64,000 bases of DNA from the human T2T-CHM13v2.0 reference genome, Homo sapiens: NCBI GenBank assembly GCA_009914755.4, contig CP068257.2:38560001-38624000 (forward strand). The letters are read 5' to 3'. Shown piece by piece: positions 40,739 through 55,679 of the stretch. Numbering within the stretch: the first letter of the stretch is position 1; each line of letters begins with the position of its first letter. A model generated the notes under the pieces. It was not told where the DNA came from and did no database searches. It saw nothing but the letters and a program-made list of their open reading frames with translations. A program made the translations under genes and the position numbers.

Positions 40739-42984
40739 GCCCTGGTCTCAGCCTTACCTCTGCAGTCTAGTTGTCGCTTGGACAGTACATCCTTTCCCAG
40801 TAACGAGATGACACACCCCTGTGCATATTTCAGGCTGCTTTCTATCTTGTTTTTCACCATTCTCACACCAAGAACACCAAGGTTTGTGAGGCCTCTGTTG
40901 TATATTGTGACAAAGAGCAATTTATATGGTTGGCAATAAAGTAGGTTTTTTAGGGGTTGATATTTTTCAGTTTAATTTTCATCCCTTTAGTGGGTTGAAT
41001 TGTGGTCCTTCAAAAATATATCAACATCCCAACCCCTGGAATCTCAGAATATGACCTTACTTGGAAATACAGTCTTTGCAGAGTTAAAGAAAGTAAGAAC
41101 CTCTAGATAAGGACATCCTTCATTAGGGTGGGTCCTAAATCCACTGAAGAATGTCATGTAAGAGACAGAAAAGGAGAAGGCACAGAGACACAAAAAAGAA
41201 GCCATGTGAAGGTGGAGGCAGAGACTGGAGTGAGGCAGCCACAGGCTCAGCAGTGTGAAGGGTTGAGGAAGCCTCTGGAGGCTGGGAGAGGTGAGGAACT
41301 GATGTGCCCTCAGAGCCTCCAGAAGGCACCAGCCCTGCTGACTTCTTGATTTCAGATGTCTGTGAGAGAAGAAACGTCTGTTGTTTTAAGCCACTCCATC
41401 GTGGTCATTTTGCATGGCAGACCTAAGAAACGGATGCCATCTTCAAGATCATTTGAACAGTATAGAAAAATGTATTTCACAAAACTTTTACTTATTATTT
41501 CACATTTTTAAACTTCATATTCCACGTTTTGCTTTATTTTGGGTATCAAGGCTTCTAGGGCATATTTTAATCACCCCAGAAGCATGGACATAATAAGACC
41601 TGGTTAAAGAGTGCACTGTGAGTGAGCCATGGGGTGAAGGATCCTGCTGCTGCCTCACAGCCTCCTGCCTCCCTGTGCACACATAGGTTTACTGTCAGGA
41701 CTGTAATGAGGTTTGCATGAATAAACAGCTTTAGAAACAGCTTTCAAGTTTCCACCAAAATACCTGTTAGGAAGTCTTGTTTCCACCATAATTGCTAATT
41801 GCTTACCTACATGTGACCTGGGTATCCATAATGCAGACATGAGCAACACATGATTGTAGAAAATTCTAATTTAAATTATTACATTTTTATTTGGGTTGCA
41901 CTCAGAAAACATCTTAGGCAGCCACTGCAGATTATTTCTAGAAGCGAAGGGAAACCTGGCTTGGAGATGGAGTGGGTGAGAAGCTAGAAGGGAATCTGTT
42001 AAGGATGCCAGGGATGGAGGGGTTCCTTCTCCATGAAAATAAGTGGAGTCAAGGAGGAATCCTTGAGGCAGCCTCTCCAAGACATGCAGGATCATGGGTT
42101 TTGACTTGGGGAATTTTACGATATTCCAGTGCAGGGATATAAGGAGGCAATGTCCAGGGAACAGGGCTCTTCCCCCAAAGACAGAACCCCTGGGTCCCTC
42201 ATCCTTTCCGCATCTTCTGCTGTGTTTGGTATCCAAGGCCCTTGGCCCAGCCATTTGGAGTCCACTCAAATCCACACCTACATGGTGAGGAATAAAGGGA
42301 GACAAACTCATTGGAGTCATTGTCCCCATAGAGCTTCCTTTCCTAGACAGACGGAAACCCAGCAAACACACAAAGCGAGACATCAGGCAATGAGTGATAC
42401 CTGGGTGTAGAGAACAAGGCATCCCTTCTATTCTTGCTCCTAAGGATTTCAGGTAGTTTGTTGCCCAGCCCACTTAGGCTATAAATGCTGCTTTCTCTCC
42501 AACTAGTCATAGCTATCAGCCAGCCTGGCCACTTTGGAAATAAGAATATTTAATGCACTCATGGACGTGGGAGCCTGTGTTCTAAGACATTCTTACTCAG
42601 TCATAGTTAGCTGAGACTCTAAAGAGTGGCATATGTAATCAAGATAAAATATGAAGTGTGCATCTGGTATATTTTGGAGCCTATAAAGAAACATTCTGTG
42701 CTGATAATATTTACATTGGGTTTTTCTTGTTGTTATGTTTTTCCAAGATGATGGAATATAGGCATTGCTAGCATTCCTTTTCCACTTGGAAAGATAAAAT
42801 AGTGTGTAGAGATTCACACTGTGAACTTTTTTCCAAGAAGGAACACAGGACCGTAAACAGCTTTGAAAGAAGCTGTGAGTAGCAGCCTACACCGCTGTCT
42901 TTGGGAAACACCACTGAACATGTAAGGATTCTTATAGACTACAGGTAAAGGGTGGAAAAAGAGATTTCCAGCAAATGGAAGCCA

Positions 42985-43790
42985 AAAACAAGGAGTAGCG
43001 ATTCTGATATCAAATAAAACGGACTTCAAAGCAACAACAGCAAAAAACAAAACAAAACAAAACAAAAAACAACAAGAAAAAGACAAAGGTCACTATATAA
43101 TGATAAAATGACCAATTAAACAAGAAGATGTAACAATTGTAAATATATATGCATCAAATTCCAGAGTTCCTAAGTTCTTGAAGCAATCAGTATATCAAAA
43201 AGACACCTGTACACATGTTTATCACAGCACAATTCACAACTGTAAAGATATGGAATCAACCTGAGTCCTCATCAATCCATGAATGGATAAAGAAAATGTG
43301 GTTCATACACAACTTACCCATGTAAAAAACCTGTACGTGTACCCTGAGCCTAAAATAACAGTTGGAAAGGAAAAAAATCATAAAAGCAAGACTCAACTAA
43401 AAAAAAACAAAAAGAAAAAATTGTGATATATATACCATGAAATGCAACCCAGCCATAAAAAAAAATATAATGACTTTTATAGCAACTTGGATGAAACTGG
43501 GGGCCGTTATTCTAAGTGAAGTAACTCAGGAATTAAAAACCAGGTACTCATGCTCTCACTTATAAGTGGGAGCTAAGCTATAGGTATGCCAAGGCATTCA
43601 GAGTGGTGTAATGGACATTGGAGACTCAGAAGTGGGGAGGGAGGTGAGGAATGAAAAACTAGCAGTCGGGTAAATGTACACTATTTGGGTGATGGGTGCA
43701 CTAAAATCCTAGACTTCACCACTACACGATTCATCCACGTAACCAAAAACCACTTGTACCATTAAAACTAATGAAAGAAAAAAATTAACT
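42985..43790 (+). mobile_element. L1 fragment in sense orientation with internal deletions. It spans the start of ORF2 and the ORF2 C-terminus/3' end, and contains a (CAAAA)n insert.
   Basis: ggtcactatataatgataaaatgaccaattaaacaagaagatgtaacaattgtaaatatatatgcatcaaattccagag… is the ORF2 5' end. …aaagaaaatgtggttcatacac…gaaatgcaacccagccataaaaaaaaat…ctcatgctctcacttataagtgggagctaagc… is the ORF2 end and 3'UTR. Confidence 0.7.
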
Positions 43791-44082
43791 AATTAATTTA
43801 AAAACCACACTGGGGAGTCCCTGCATACTAAGTAGGTAGAACAAATCAATCATAAATGACTGCCATTTTGTCTACATGCTGTATAAAAAAGGTGAAACTG
43901 CTCCTTTTCTTCTCCTTTTAAAAAAAAAAAAACAACTTTGGTATTTGTGCTCAAGACTACTATGGGAAGGACCCAGTTATAAACATGCATTTCACGCCAA
44001 TATTTCTTCTTCAGAATAAGTGCTAAGCAAGTCAAGACATGCAATGATTTGTTTTGGCCTCCTATAAAACGAATGAGCCCTT

Positions 44083-44390
44083 TTTGTTTTGTATTTGTTT
44101 TAGAGACAGGATCTCTCTGTCACCCAGGCTGGTGTGCAAGATCATAGCTCACTGCAACCTCAAACTCCTGGGCTCAAGTGATCCTCCCACCTCAGCCGTC
44201 TGCCCAAGTAGCTAAGACTACAGTCATGTGTCAGCATGCCTGCCTAATTTAAAAAAAAATTTTTTTTTTTTTTAGAAACAGAGTTTCAATATGTTGCCCA
44301 GGCTGGTCTTTAACTTATGGCCTCAAGTGATCCTTCCACCTCGGCCTCCCAAAGCTCTGGGATTTCAGGCATGAACGACTACACCCAGCC
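44083..44390 (-). mobile_element. Older Alu (AluJ-like), antisense, with an internal A/T-rich linker.
   Basis: …cacccaggctggtgtgcaagatcatagctcactgcaacctcaaactcctgggctcaagtgatcctcccacctcagcc…ggcctcccaaagctctgggatttcaggcatgaac…. Confidence 0.8.
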
Positions 44391-45385
44391 AATGATCCAT
44401 TTTTTTATGAAATTTATATTAAACTGGTTGCTTTATAAAAAAAGCTTTTAAAAACCTCTAGAGGCAAAGTCCGTCTATTTTAGAATCTTGATAGAAATCA
44501 TAGGCTTATCTACATGGATATCTATAATCAACACCTATTAATGCATCATCAGTTACAAAACCAAAGTGAGAACTGTGAGTATAGGAAAATGTCAATACTG
44601 TTTAAACTAGATTTATGCAACCACAAGGAATATCACTTAAATTGTTCATCATAGAGCAGATTTTGCACCTGGCAGATGAGACTGTTGTCACAGCAGCACA
44701 GGTAACACCCAGCAGTAAGGCCAGGAGGCCCCTCCCGCAGCCAACCAGTGCCCCCATGAGAAGGCAGCCACTGCCCTACCTCCCCCCTGGAGCTGCTGCC
44801 CTGTTAGAACGTGATGGAACAGACAGGACACCTTGGCAGGGCTAAGTGACCAATGTCTTTTCTTGGCCGAGAATCTCATGTCATTTGCATTATTTTTCAA
44901 AGTCGGTCACCCTAAGTAGAAAACAAAGATGGCTGTGTCTGAAAAACTGAACACAACTAATGATTCCATTCCCAGGCCAGAAAAGGGACCAGTGGACAGA
45001 TTTCTCTCCTCAAACTCTAAAACACAACCTGGCTTTCTAAAAGAGAATATCTGTTATCCCTTTCTCAAAAATGCCATGACAAAGATTTTCATCATTTCAA
45101 GATTATTGTATATTTGACGTCTCAGAAGACTATGTATATATCTTACTATTGTATTACATTTCTTGATTATATTTTTCTGATTGCAAATGAATAGAAGCTT
45201 AATGCAGAAGGTTTGAAAAATGCAGAAAAGTATAAAAAAGCATAGAAAGGTATCATTCATAATTGTAATACTGAGAGAAGCAACCATTTTAACAAGCACA
45301 TTTTCTTCTATCTAAAAAGATATGATTTCTGAGCCTTGTCAACATAATACTACATATATGTATACATACACTTTTCAAACGTCCT

Positions 45386-47320
45386 GCTTTTTTTAACTTT
45401 TATTTTAGGTTTGGGGTACATGTGAAGGTTTAGTTACATAGGTAAACTTGTGTTATGGGGGTTTGTTGTATAGATTATTTCACTGCTCAGGTATTAAGCC
45501 CAGTACCCAATAGTTGTCTTTTCTGCTCCTCTCCCTCCTCTGACTCTCCCCACTCAAGTCTTCCACAATGACTGAACTAATTTACACTTCCACCAACAGT
45601 GTATAAGCATTCCTTTTTCTCCACAACCTCTCCAGCATGTGTTATTTTTATACTTTTTAATAATAAAATTATTAAAGTCATTCTGACTGGTGTGAGATGA
45701 TATCTCATTGTGGTTTTGATTTGCATTTCTCTAATGATCAGTGATATCGAGATTTTTTTATATGCTTGTTGGCCACATATATGTCTTCTTTTGAGAAGTG
45801 TCTGTTCACGTCCTTTGCCCACTTTTTAATGGGGTGGTTTGTTTTTTTCTTGTAAATTTGCTTAAGTTCCTGATTATTAGACCTTTACCAGATGCATAGT
45901 TTTCAAATATTTTCTCCCATTCTGTAGGTTGTTTACTCTGTTGATCATTTCTTTTGCTATGCAGAAGCTCTGAAGTTTAATTAGCTTCCACTTGTCAAAT
46001 TTTGCTTGTGTTGCGATTGCTTTTGGTATCTTTTTCATGAAATCTTTGCCATTCCTGTGTCCAGGATGGTATTGCCTAGGTTGTCTTCCAGGGTTTTTAC
46101 GGTTTTGGGTTTTACGTCTTTAATCTTTCTTGAGTTGATTTTTGTACATGTTGTAAGAAAGGGGTCCAGCTTCAATCTTCTGCATATGGTCAGCCAGTTA
46201 TCCTAGCACCATTTCTTGAATAGGGAGTCTTTTCCCCACTGCTTGTTTTTGTCAGCTTTATCAATGCTAAGATGATTGTAGATGTGTGACCTTATTTCTG
46301 GGCTCTCTACTGTGTTCCATTGGACGATGAGCCTGTTTTTGTACCATTACCATGGTATTTTGGTTGCTGTAACCCTGTAGTAGAGTTTGAAGTTGGGTAA
46401 CGCGATGCTTCCAGCTTTGTTCTTTTTGCTTAAGATTGCTTTGGCTTTCAGGCCCTTTTTTTGGTTCCATATGAATTTCAAAAATTTTTTTCTAGTTCTG
46501 TGAAGAATGTCATTTGTAGTTTGATAGCTATAGCACTGAATCTGTGAATTGATTTTGGCAGTACCATTTTAATGATATTGATTCTTCCTATACATGAGCT
46601 TGGGATTTTTTTTTTTCACTTGTTTGTGTCTTCCCTGATTTCTTTCAGTAGTGTTCTGTAATTCTTGTTGTAGAGATCTTTCACCTCCCTGGTTAGCTGG
46701 TATTTTTAGAAATGTTATTCTTTTTGTGGCTGTGAATGGGATTGCCTTTCTAATTTGGCTCTTAGTTTGGCTGTTGTTGGTATATAGGAATTAGTGATTT
46801 TTGTACATTGATTTTGTATCCTGAAACTTTGCTGAAGTTGTTTATCAGCTGAAGAATCTTTTGGGCTGAGACTATGAAGTTCTCTACATATAGAATCATG
46901 TCATCTGGTTTGACTTCCTCTCCTCCTATTTGGATGCCCTTTATTTCCTTCTCTTTCCTGATTGCTCTAGCTAGGACTTTCAATAGTATGTTGAACAGGG
47001 GCAGTGAGAGAGGGCATCCTCGTCTTGTGCCGGTTTTTAAGGTGAATGCTTCCAGCTTTTGCCCATTCCATATGATATTGGCTGTGGGTTTGTCATATAT
47101 AGCTCTTATTATTTTAAGGTATGTTCCTTCAATACCTAGTTTATTGAGAGTTTTGAAATGGAATGAGTGTTGAATTTTATCAAAAGCCTTTCCTGCATCT
47201 ATTGAGATAATCCTGTGGCTTTTGTCTTTAGTTATGTTTATGTGATAAATCACATTTATTGATTTGTGTACGTTGAATCAACCTTGCATCCTGGGGATAA
47301 AGCCTACTTGATCATGGTGG
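45386..47320 (-). mobile_element. L1 element, about 1.9 kb, antisense, covering the 3' end and ORF2 (reverse-transcriptase region). The 163 aa minus-strand ORF at 46762..47253 is an ORF2 RT remnant.
   Basis: The antisense L1 3' end (ctttttttaacttttattttaggtttggggtacatgtgaaggtttagttacataggtaaacttgtgttatggggg…) continues into ORF2 antisense. The ORF reads …[54 protein letters not shown]…, which matches the L1 ORF2 RT motifs. Confidence 0.85.
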
Positions 47321-49319
47321 TCAAATCCTGCTTTTTAAAAATGCAGCTATATTATACGACTGCCTCCTATATTAAGAAAACTTATTTAAACCCATAATTT
47401 AAAATTACCACATAATATTGAATTAGGCTGATGCACCACCATTCACAGAAGCAGTCACTTCATTAAGCTATTTAGAGAGAAACAATTTTTTATTATTTTA
47501 AAGTTCTGTCTTGACTCTTTCTACATAAATATTTGTCTATAACTTTTATTTCTTTGGTATAGATAATTAAGGGTGAAATTAATGAGTCAAAAGACATTAA
47601 CTGTCTTTGGCTTTTGATATATTTTGTCAAATTGCTTTAAAAAATTTTCCTGCCAAATGATATATCAGAATGTAAATATTTGTGCATCTCTGCCAATATT
47701 CCATATTATCATTTATTTTGTTTCTCTATATGTTTATTAATAAAACCAATACCCAACAAGTGAAGTTAAATGAATTTTTTTGAGTAGCATTCTACTTCAT
47801 AAATGTTTGTAAATTAATACAAATGCCAACAGGTAGAAATCTTACATATGTTTACTTTTGTTATATATACACCAAATAGCATTTTTGAATATGTTTGGTG
47901 CAGTTCAGACATAAATATTCTATACTTCCATAAAAGATACTAAATAGCTGTGGACAAAAAGAAAACGGGAATCAAGGCTATCTAAGGAGTTAATGGCTTA
48001 ACTTTTTCTAACAAACAGCTGTAAACTGTTTTCAACGTTTTGCCAGGTTAGATTTGATCTTTGGTTTTAACTGTGTTATGGGAGCCTTAGCAATATAAAA
48101 CTGCCTTTCAACATGACATCCTGTCTCTCTCACATCCACTGTGGCCTGGGGTCCTGGAAGCAGGCTTTGGGAAGATGTGAGCACCTTGTGTACACCTGAG
48201 GGAGAGTCATTGTCTGTGTGTGGCCAGCTACCTCTTTCTCCATGAACCAACCTCGAGTGGCTATTTCCAAACGTAGCCAAGTCAAGCATTAGAAGAGTTT
48301 CATTTAAAGTGAATATACATGTCTGACTTAATAAATAAAATGTAGAAGGAAAATACAGAATGGACTGTACAACAAAATATTCACTGAATTCACTATTTTG
48401 TCTCCTCTGAAAACATTCTGTATTTGTAAGAATAACCTTAGCCTGGGTTTTGAGGTTAAGACATTTGGTATTCAAGAGATAAATTAGCTTATCCCACTTT
48501 TTAATTAAAATGGTTTTCCTCCATGGTACATAAATAGACTATAAAGAAATTTGATGTTATGCAAACTCTGCTATGATAAACTCTAACACTGTATAATCTT
48601 TAATAAAAAGTCTCCACAATTTTGGTGCCACACAGTGATGAGGATGTATTAGAATAGCTATATGAGACTCCCCATGAGAGTTCACAGCTTAACTGTGACT
48701 GAAGAAACAGATGCAGGACACAATTTCTTTCCTTGTATTCCAAGGTGGATAGAGGTATTGTGCATGTGTGAAAAGCGGTAGGAAATGCAGCAGGCTCACC
48801 CTAGCACCCAACCAAAAGGTGGTCATTTATCCTTCTGCGCTCATCACTGTGCTCACTGGGCCACGAGGCTGCACAAGCTTACTTTTACAACGTGTTGTCT
48901 GAGGTCACTCCATCAATGGAGGTTTTAATCTCATTAATCTCTGAACCATCCTAGGAGGTAGCTTTGTATTATCTCCATTTCACAGATGCAGAAACTGAGG
49001 CTCAGAGGTGCTCAGAAACCTGCTACAATTCACATGGCTAGTGAGAAGCAAAGTAAGGATTTAAATTCATTTTTGCCTGACTATAGTACCTCTGTTTATT
49101 ATTATGCAAGAGTTGTGGAGTGTCAAACAGGATGAAAAAGAGTTGAGAGCCTCAAAGAGTTGAGTAGAGTGAAACCATGAATAATAGACGGATCTCTCCC
49201 AGAACTACACTACCTGTCCCACCCATGCCACCACCACACTACCCAGCCTGCAGAGGGCATTACAATCAGACACCTGATTGGATTACTCAGATCCAAGATC
49301 TAGATAACCTGAAAAATTA

Positions 49320-49500
49320 TTTCATATGTATATTTATATGTATAATAATGTGTACGTGTATAATACATATATGTATAATATATAAATTTATAATATACAT
49401 ACGTAATAGGATTATTATATAAATAACATAAAATATATATGATATGCATAATATAAAATAATACATATTATATATAATATACATATAAATAGTAATCATA
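49320..49500. repeat. Complex AT-rich simple repeat, (TATA/ATAC/ATAAT)-rich.
   Basis: tatatttatatgtataataatgtgtacgtgtataatacatatatgtataatatataaatttataatatacatacgtaatagg… read directly from the sequence. Confidence 0.85.
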
Positions 49501-52500
49501 AGATTGTTTTGTATCAACTGATCTCAGGTACAGTCCAACAACACCTGGGATCCCTGATACTTTTTCAAAGGATCTGTGAGATCAGAGCTATTTTCAGAAT
49601 AACACTAAAAAATTATTTGCCTTTTTAGCCAACAGTACAAAAGCAACAGTGGGCAAATCTGCTGGGGCCTTAATAGGATTCAAGGCAGTGGCACCAAACT
49701 CTTCTCACGGCCGTTGTGGTCTTCACAATTGTCCGTCAACACTCGCAACAAAAACAAACGTGGCAGCTTCACTTCAGCATGTCCTTGACTAAGCAGTGGA
49801 AATCATTTCATTTCATTCCATCTCAACCATTGAGGGTGTGCGTTTTTAACATTCTGTGTGACAGAATGGCAGAAACATACAAAGCACCTGTGTGTTGGGT
49901 GCTCAAGAAAAGCTCCAGTGTGGGACTGAATATGAGCTGATCAGCTGTGATTTTCATGGAACACATTTCTACTTGAAAGAAAAACTGATAAACTATTTTT
50001 GTCTGGGTATTTGACAAACATTTTCTCAAAAGGAATGAAGTGAGCCTGTCACTTCAAGGGAAACAACTGAGAGTGTTTGTTGCCAGTGGTAAAATTTGAG
50101 CTTTTAAGTCTTAATTCGATTTTAGAAAACTTGGATTCTTCACCACATGCTTAACACACCTTCCCAATATTTAAAGATATTTTGGATGACATTAGTAGTG
50201 ATATTATAAATGTGATTTTCAAAAGTATTGTATAATGGAGTGCATCAACATTTGGAACGTCTACATTACTAAGTGAATAAATACTTTCCAAAAACCAATG
50301 CATGGTGTTATAAAATCATGCATGTGTAAAAGATCCAGAAACACTGATATATTTTAATGCAATAGGGTAGGAAAAGGCTGTTGATATGGTTTTTGGTTCT
50401 GCATGGGAATTAATCTTTAAAAACCACCGCTTGCCAAATTTTGGTAGAGTATCAAAGAGCAATAGCCATGATGATCTGAAAATGCTATTAAGCTTCCCTG
50501 TCCAACTACACCTCTGTGCGAATTGTATTTTCTTCATATGCTTCAACGAACATAACACATCACAGTAGATTGAATGCAGAAGCAGCTACAAGCCAGACTT
50601 CAGAGATTTTCAAAAAATGTAAAATAATTCATCCTCTTCTCACCAATTTCTAAAAATAGTTTTTTTATTAAGAAGTGTATTTATGATGATATGTCATAGT
50701 TGTCATTTAAAAAAATATCTCAGTGTAATCTCTAATACAGCAAATATTGATAGATCCAACCCACAGAAACAAAAGCCCTTTGGAATCTTCAAGAATTTTT
50801 AAGATTATAAAGTGGTCCTAGGATCAAAAATCTTGAGAAGTGTCCTTCTATATAATTGAGACAATTTTAAAGTTTGAAATCTATACTGATCTGTATTAAA
50901 GATCTAAAGTCTAATGGAAGTTTCTTAGAATGAGGGCCAAATCTGCAAATATAATAAACTTTAATCCCTGGAAATGTTCTTTGCTCAATATTCTTTTACC
51001 CATGACCACGCTCCCCTCCAGCATCCCTACCAACCTTTGTTCCCTTCTCAGGTGTGTCTGGTGTGGTCTCTCTTTCCCCTCCTGACACCAGGAGACCTGC
51101 CCAGCAGCCTGCCCTCAGTCCCTGCTCCCGATGTGGGAGCCAAGAGGAAGGTGCAGGATTGGAGTTGCCTCCTGAGACTCACCCTCAGAGCAGCTTTGAG
51201 GAGGTCCCCAGGCTGCAGGGCCCTGAACCCCAGGTAACACCTGAACATGGTCCTTAGTCCTGCAACCCAGAGACCAGCCCATCACTTGAGCCTGAGAGCC
51301 GCCATTCAAGTCATTTCTGAGCCACGTTGAACTTGCCATCATCACCGCTTTCATTCCAGCTGCTACTATCCTAAGGGAAATGCCATTTTCAGCTCTTAAA
51401 CACATTCTTTTCTTGCAGCATGACATATGGGCTTCCTAAACACAGGTAAAAAAAGCTCCAATAGGAAGACAGCTTTTCTCAGAACCAGAAGAGTATTTTT
51501 AAACATCTTTAACGAAAATCTAAGTTACCTTTTTTTCTACAGTCATATCATATATACACATTATAATTAGAAACACACATGCTCAGACATATCCATGTAT
51601 CTATCTAAATAGATTTTTTTGTCTTTTAAGTCATCAATAGCGGTTGTTAACATGATCTAATAAAATGCCTAGGCTATATTTCAATGTGAAATTGTTAAAA
51701 GTTACAACATTAATAAAAAGTTGCTCTCATTCACTTATGAAGGTTAGAATGGTTTCTGAGTATGAGAATGACAACACTTACGTGAACACATTTAATGGCC
51801 TCTCTAAAACAGAGAGGGTGCTCAAAAATGCCCTCTCATATTTCCCACCTGCCCAGATAGGCCCATGTGATGGTTGCCTCCATCAGGAAGGATGGAGAGC
51901 TTCTGGAAACCCCTACCCCACCCCACATGCTGTGGGTCCCTGGGGAATGCACTGGCATTTCCTAGATTTCAGAGAAGTGAAGAATGAATGAAATCAGGAT
52001 GAAGCAAAATGAATTTCTCAAAATAACCCACAGTGTCATAACAATGTATGTACTAGGGAATTGAGAAAACCTTTGGCTAGGTATAAAAATGGGGATTTTT
52101 TAACTGAAAAAGAATTTTTGAACTCTTTAAATATCCTATGATTCAGTCTATTTTTCTCCCCCAAGAAATCAAAGCAGTATAATCTTTCATTAACTGGTTG
52201 ATCATCACTCATGCATCATTGAACACCAACACTATTTCAGACAAGATCTGGTTAAATTGCAAATGAGAATAAATCTGGTGATAAATGGATATCATATTTA
52301 ATATTTAAATGTCTCTGGTATTTACACATCTCTGGTAGTTTTGTTCTTAGTCAACTGTTTAAGTGAATGTTGAGAAGAAATGAAAGAAAGATGTTTGCTC
52401 CTCTTTGAAAACAATTACGGTTTCCTTGCAGGAATATGCTTATCTTTCACATTTCATCAGAAACATAAGAAGTCTGGCTAGAGGCAATGACACTGATGGG

Positions 52501-54732
52501 AAGAGCTCTATGATGGGGAAAGACTGCTTGGGAAATGCAGCCTTCTACTATATACACTAAAATTATCAATAACGTTGCAAAAAGAGAATTCAATTCCATA
52601 AACTAATACTGATGCACAAATGAGCAAAAATCAACAATTGGCAATAAATGACATCTTAAATCTGCATTTGAAGATTTTACAATAGTCAAAAATAAACATA
52701 AAAATTTGCTTTCATATTTTCTAAAATGAGTATCAGAGACATTGCATCCTCTCAAATGACAGCTATTGGGACAACCATCTCTAAGGCTACATCTTACGTT
52801 TCATATTTATATGCCAGTGAATTTTCAAGTTAAAAAGGACACTTCAAAAAAGATAACAAGTCCATGTTTTGTCCTAAATTGAATTATCGGTCACCTGAAC
52901 ATTCAATCCCACATGTAGTTGGCTCTATGGACTCTTGATAAAAATGTAAGTTGGTTTGAATTAGAAACTACCTTTTCAAGGAGGTACTGTGCATGCTACA
53001 AGGTGAAGCACATGACACTCACACGAGGTACACACACCATACACTCAGGTTGTGTACTGGTAAACACTGAAACATCCCTGTTCACAGGAGTTTGGCCAGG
53101 CCAAATGCATGAAAGACACTGCCCATTCTCAGACTCAGATCCTCCTGCCAACAAGGTGAGCCTGTGAATGATAGATGAGTGTACACATATGCGTACTTGT
53201 ATTTCCCTTCTCTTTACTGCCTGCCTTCATTTCTGTTTACAAGACCTGCCCCAACCACTTGACCTTGACCATCATTTCACGGCTGCACCTTGCCCTTTGG
53301 ACCAAGCCCATGACATCTGCCTTGTGTTTAGAAGCTCATTGCCATCCCAGCCTCTTCCCCCAGCGATCTCAGGCACAGCCTCTCAAAACCCCTTACCCAC
53401 ATTCATTCCCACTCAAATACTCTACAATTTGTAATTTTCCCACCTTCAACCTTTAAGCCTTCTCTATCTTCAAAACGGCTAAAATCCTGCCAGATATGAA
53501 AGAAGCCATGACATCTTCTCCTCCACCCTTCTTTGTGTGTGGACTCAACAGTGCCCTCCTGGATCCCTCATCCAGGAGGTTGAGGGATTAAGAGGCCCCG
53601 CCATCCATCCTGAGATAGTGCAGACCTTGTTGATAAAAGTCTCTATATTCCCGGAGGCCAGTTGCTTCCCTATCCCTACCTATTACCGCTGGGGTCCACA
53701 CGATCTTTGTTGGGACCATGGAGAGAACACAAAGGTAACAATACTTTTCCCCAGGCCTCAGAGCCTCGATTTGTGTGAACTAAGGGGAGAAGAAAGTAGA
53801 GGGCAGAGAAAGTCCCCCTGTCCTCCAACACCTTCTTGGAATCAGACACAAGTGTGTTGGTGATGCTCCACCATTGACCAAGATCCCAGAACCATCACTA
53901 CATTGATATATTTTCACACTGAAAGGCAATGATTCCAACATGAAAATATCTATTCCCTTATGGGTTTGATAAAGACTTTCTACATATAAATAGCACTTAT
54001 TTACGAACTGCTTTACATGCATTAACTCTTGCACGTCCACTTATCTATCCAATGAGATGTGTTCTCTTATGATCCCTGTTGTACAATTGGAGAAACTAAG
54101 GCTGGAAGAGATGGAGTTAGTACATCGCAGAGCTGGGATACAAAGCCAGACAGTCTGGCCCTCAGAACCTGTGCTCTTGACTTTCTCCCCAAATGGTAGT
54201 GAACTCTGCAATAAGGAACATAGATAAGATGCACAGAAAGTTTGGTGACAAAGTGCGGACACAAATGTGGAACACATAGTTTTATTTATTACTTGGTAGA
54301 CAATTCTTTGTAATTCAGTGGGTTCTCGGATTTTCTTGGATTGAAACAGAAATTTCTCCCTTGAACACTGAGTTGATAATAGCTCAGTTCACTTCCTTGC
54401 ATTTCTTTAGGGGTGCTATTTTAATGTTGGGAGAGATATCAAGCAGCAGAAGAGATTCTATATTAAAATGATATTTTCTATTTGGCTACGAAATGAAAGA
54501 AATATAGATACGGACAAGAGCTAAGTGAGGAGGCCTGGTGGCAACAAAATGTCCCAAACCCATGCAGCCCTCCACAAAGACCTCATTGTGTCAGGCTGTA
54601 ACAAATGAACCCAAAGTCATTCTCTAATGTTTAGACACCTCTTTCAAGAACAGCAATATAGATCTTTAACCAATCCAAAAGTTAATTTGCCATTTATGTT
54701 GTTTATACTTCAGCAATTATTTAACATTTTTT

Positions 54733-55120
54733 AAAATTTTTATTTTAAGTTCAGGGGTACAAGTGCACATTTATTATGCAGGTAAACTTGTGTCACGGGG
54801 GTTTGTTGTACAAATTATTTCATTATCCAGGTATTAAGCCTAGTACCCGTTAGTTACTTTTCCTGATTCTCTCCCTCCTCCCACCATCCACCCTCCAAAA
54901 GACTCCAGTGTGTCTTGTTACTCTCTCTGTGTCCATGTGTTCTCCTCATTTAGTTCCCACTTGTAAGTGAGAACATGTAGTATTTGTTTTCTGTCCCTCC
55001 GTTAGTTTGCTAAGGATAATGGTCTCCAGCTCCATCCATGTCCCTGCAAAGGACATGATCTCATTCTGCTTTATAGCTGCATAGTATTTCATGATATATG
55101 TACCACATTTTCTTTAGTAG
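54733..55120 (-). mobile_element. L1 3'-end fragment (L1PA/PB-like), antisense.
   Basis: ttttattttaagttcaggggtacaagtgcacatttattatgcaggtaaacttgtgtcacgggggtttgttgtacaaattatttcattatccaggtattaagcctagtacc…gttcccacttgtaagtgagaacatgtagtatttg…. Confidence 0.75.
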
Positions 55121-55679
55121 TTTCTTAGGCTCTAGGAGGAAAAAAAAATCATTTAAGGATCAAAGACTGATGCTGGGATAAAATGTGTCATGGTTGACTC
55201 CGGCCCATTCTGAAGCCACATTCCTGAGAATTCAGCACTAAAGCATTTGGAAGGCTTCGAGCTTTTCCAGAAGACAGGTGCATCCTGTGAGAATCACAGC
55301 ACAATGACTCAGCCTCCCAGCTGCCACTTTCCTGAAGATAGAACAGGGCAGGCATCTTATGGCATGTTAACCAACTCTTTGGAAAAGGGTCATTTTTGTG
55401 GCCTGTCACAAGACTGAGGCTGATAGGAAATGCTACTTTACCAATAGTAGACAACATTTGGGGTAAATTGTTTTCTAAAGGCCTAGCAGCTGTCTCAAGT
55501 TCTTCCCATGATATTTCTCAGAATTTGAAATGTGATGACTCTGTCTTAAGATCATACAGGTATTTTGAGGTCTGTAGCTACAGAGTACCACCCCTTTCCC
55601 CCACTGCTACCCTTACTGGTACACCTGGGAGGATACCTGCTCTTCTATTTGGTTTTTCAAAGTAATAAGCAACATTTTA

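Noticed and set aside
41871-42473. 200 aa minus-strand ORF
   Set aside because: No recognisable domain or motif and no splice-site support. Composition matches the surrounding intron and a 64 kb window is expected to contain a chance ORF of this size. Not called.
46762-47253. 163 aa ORF with reverse-transcriptase-like sequence
   Set aside because: It is a fragment of L1 ORF2 within a truncated antisense L1 (45386-47320). It is a mobile-element remnant, not a host gene.
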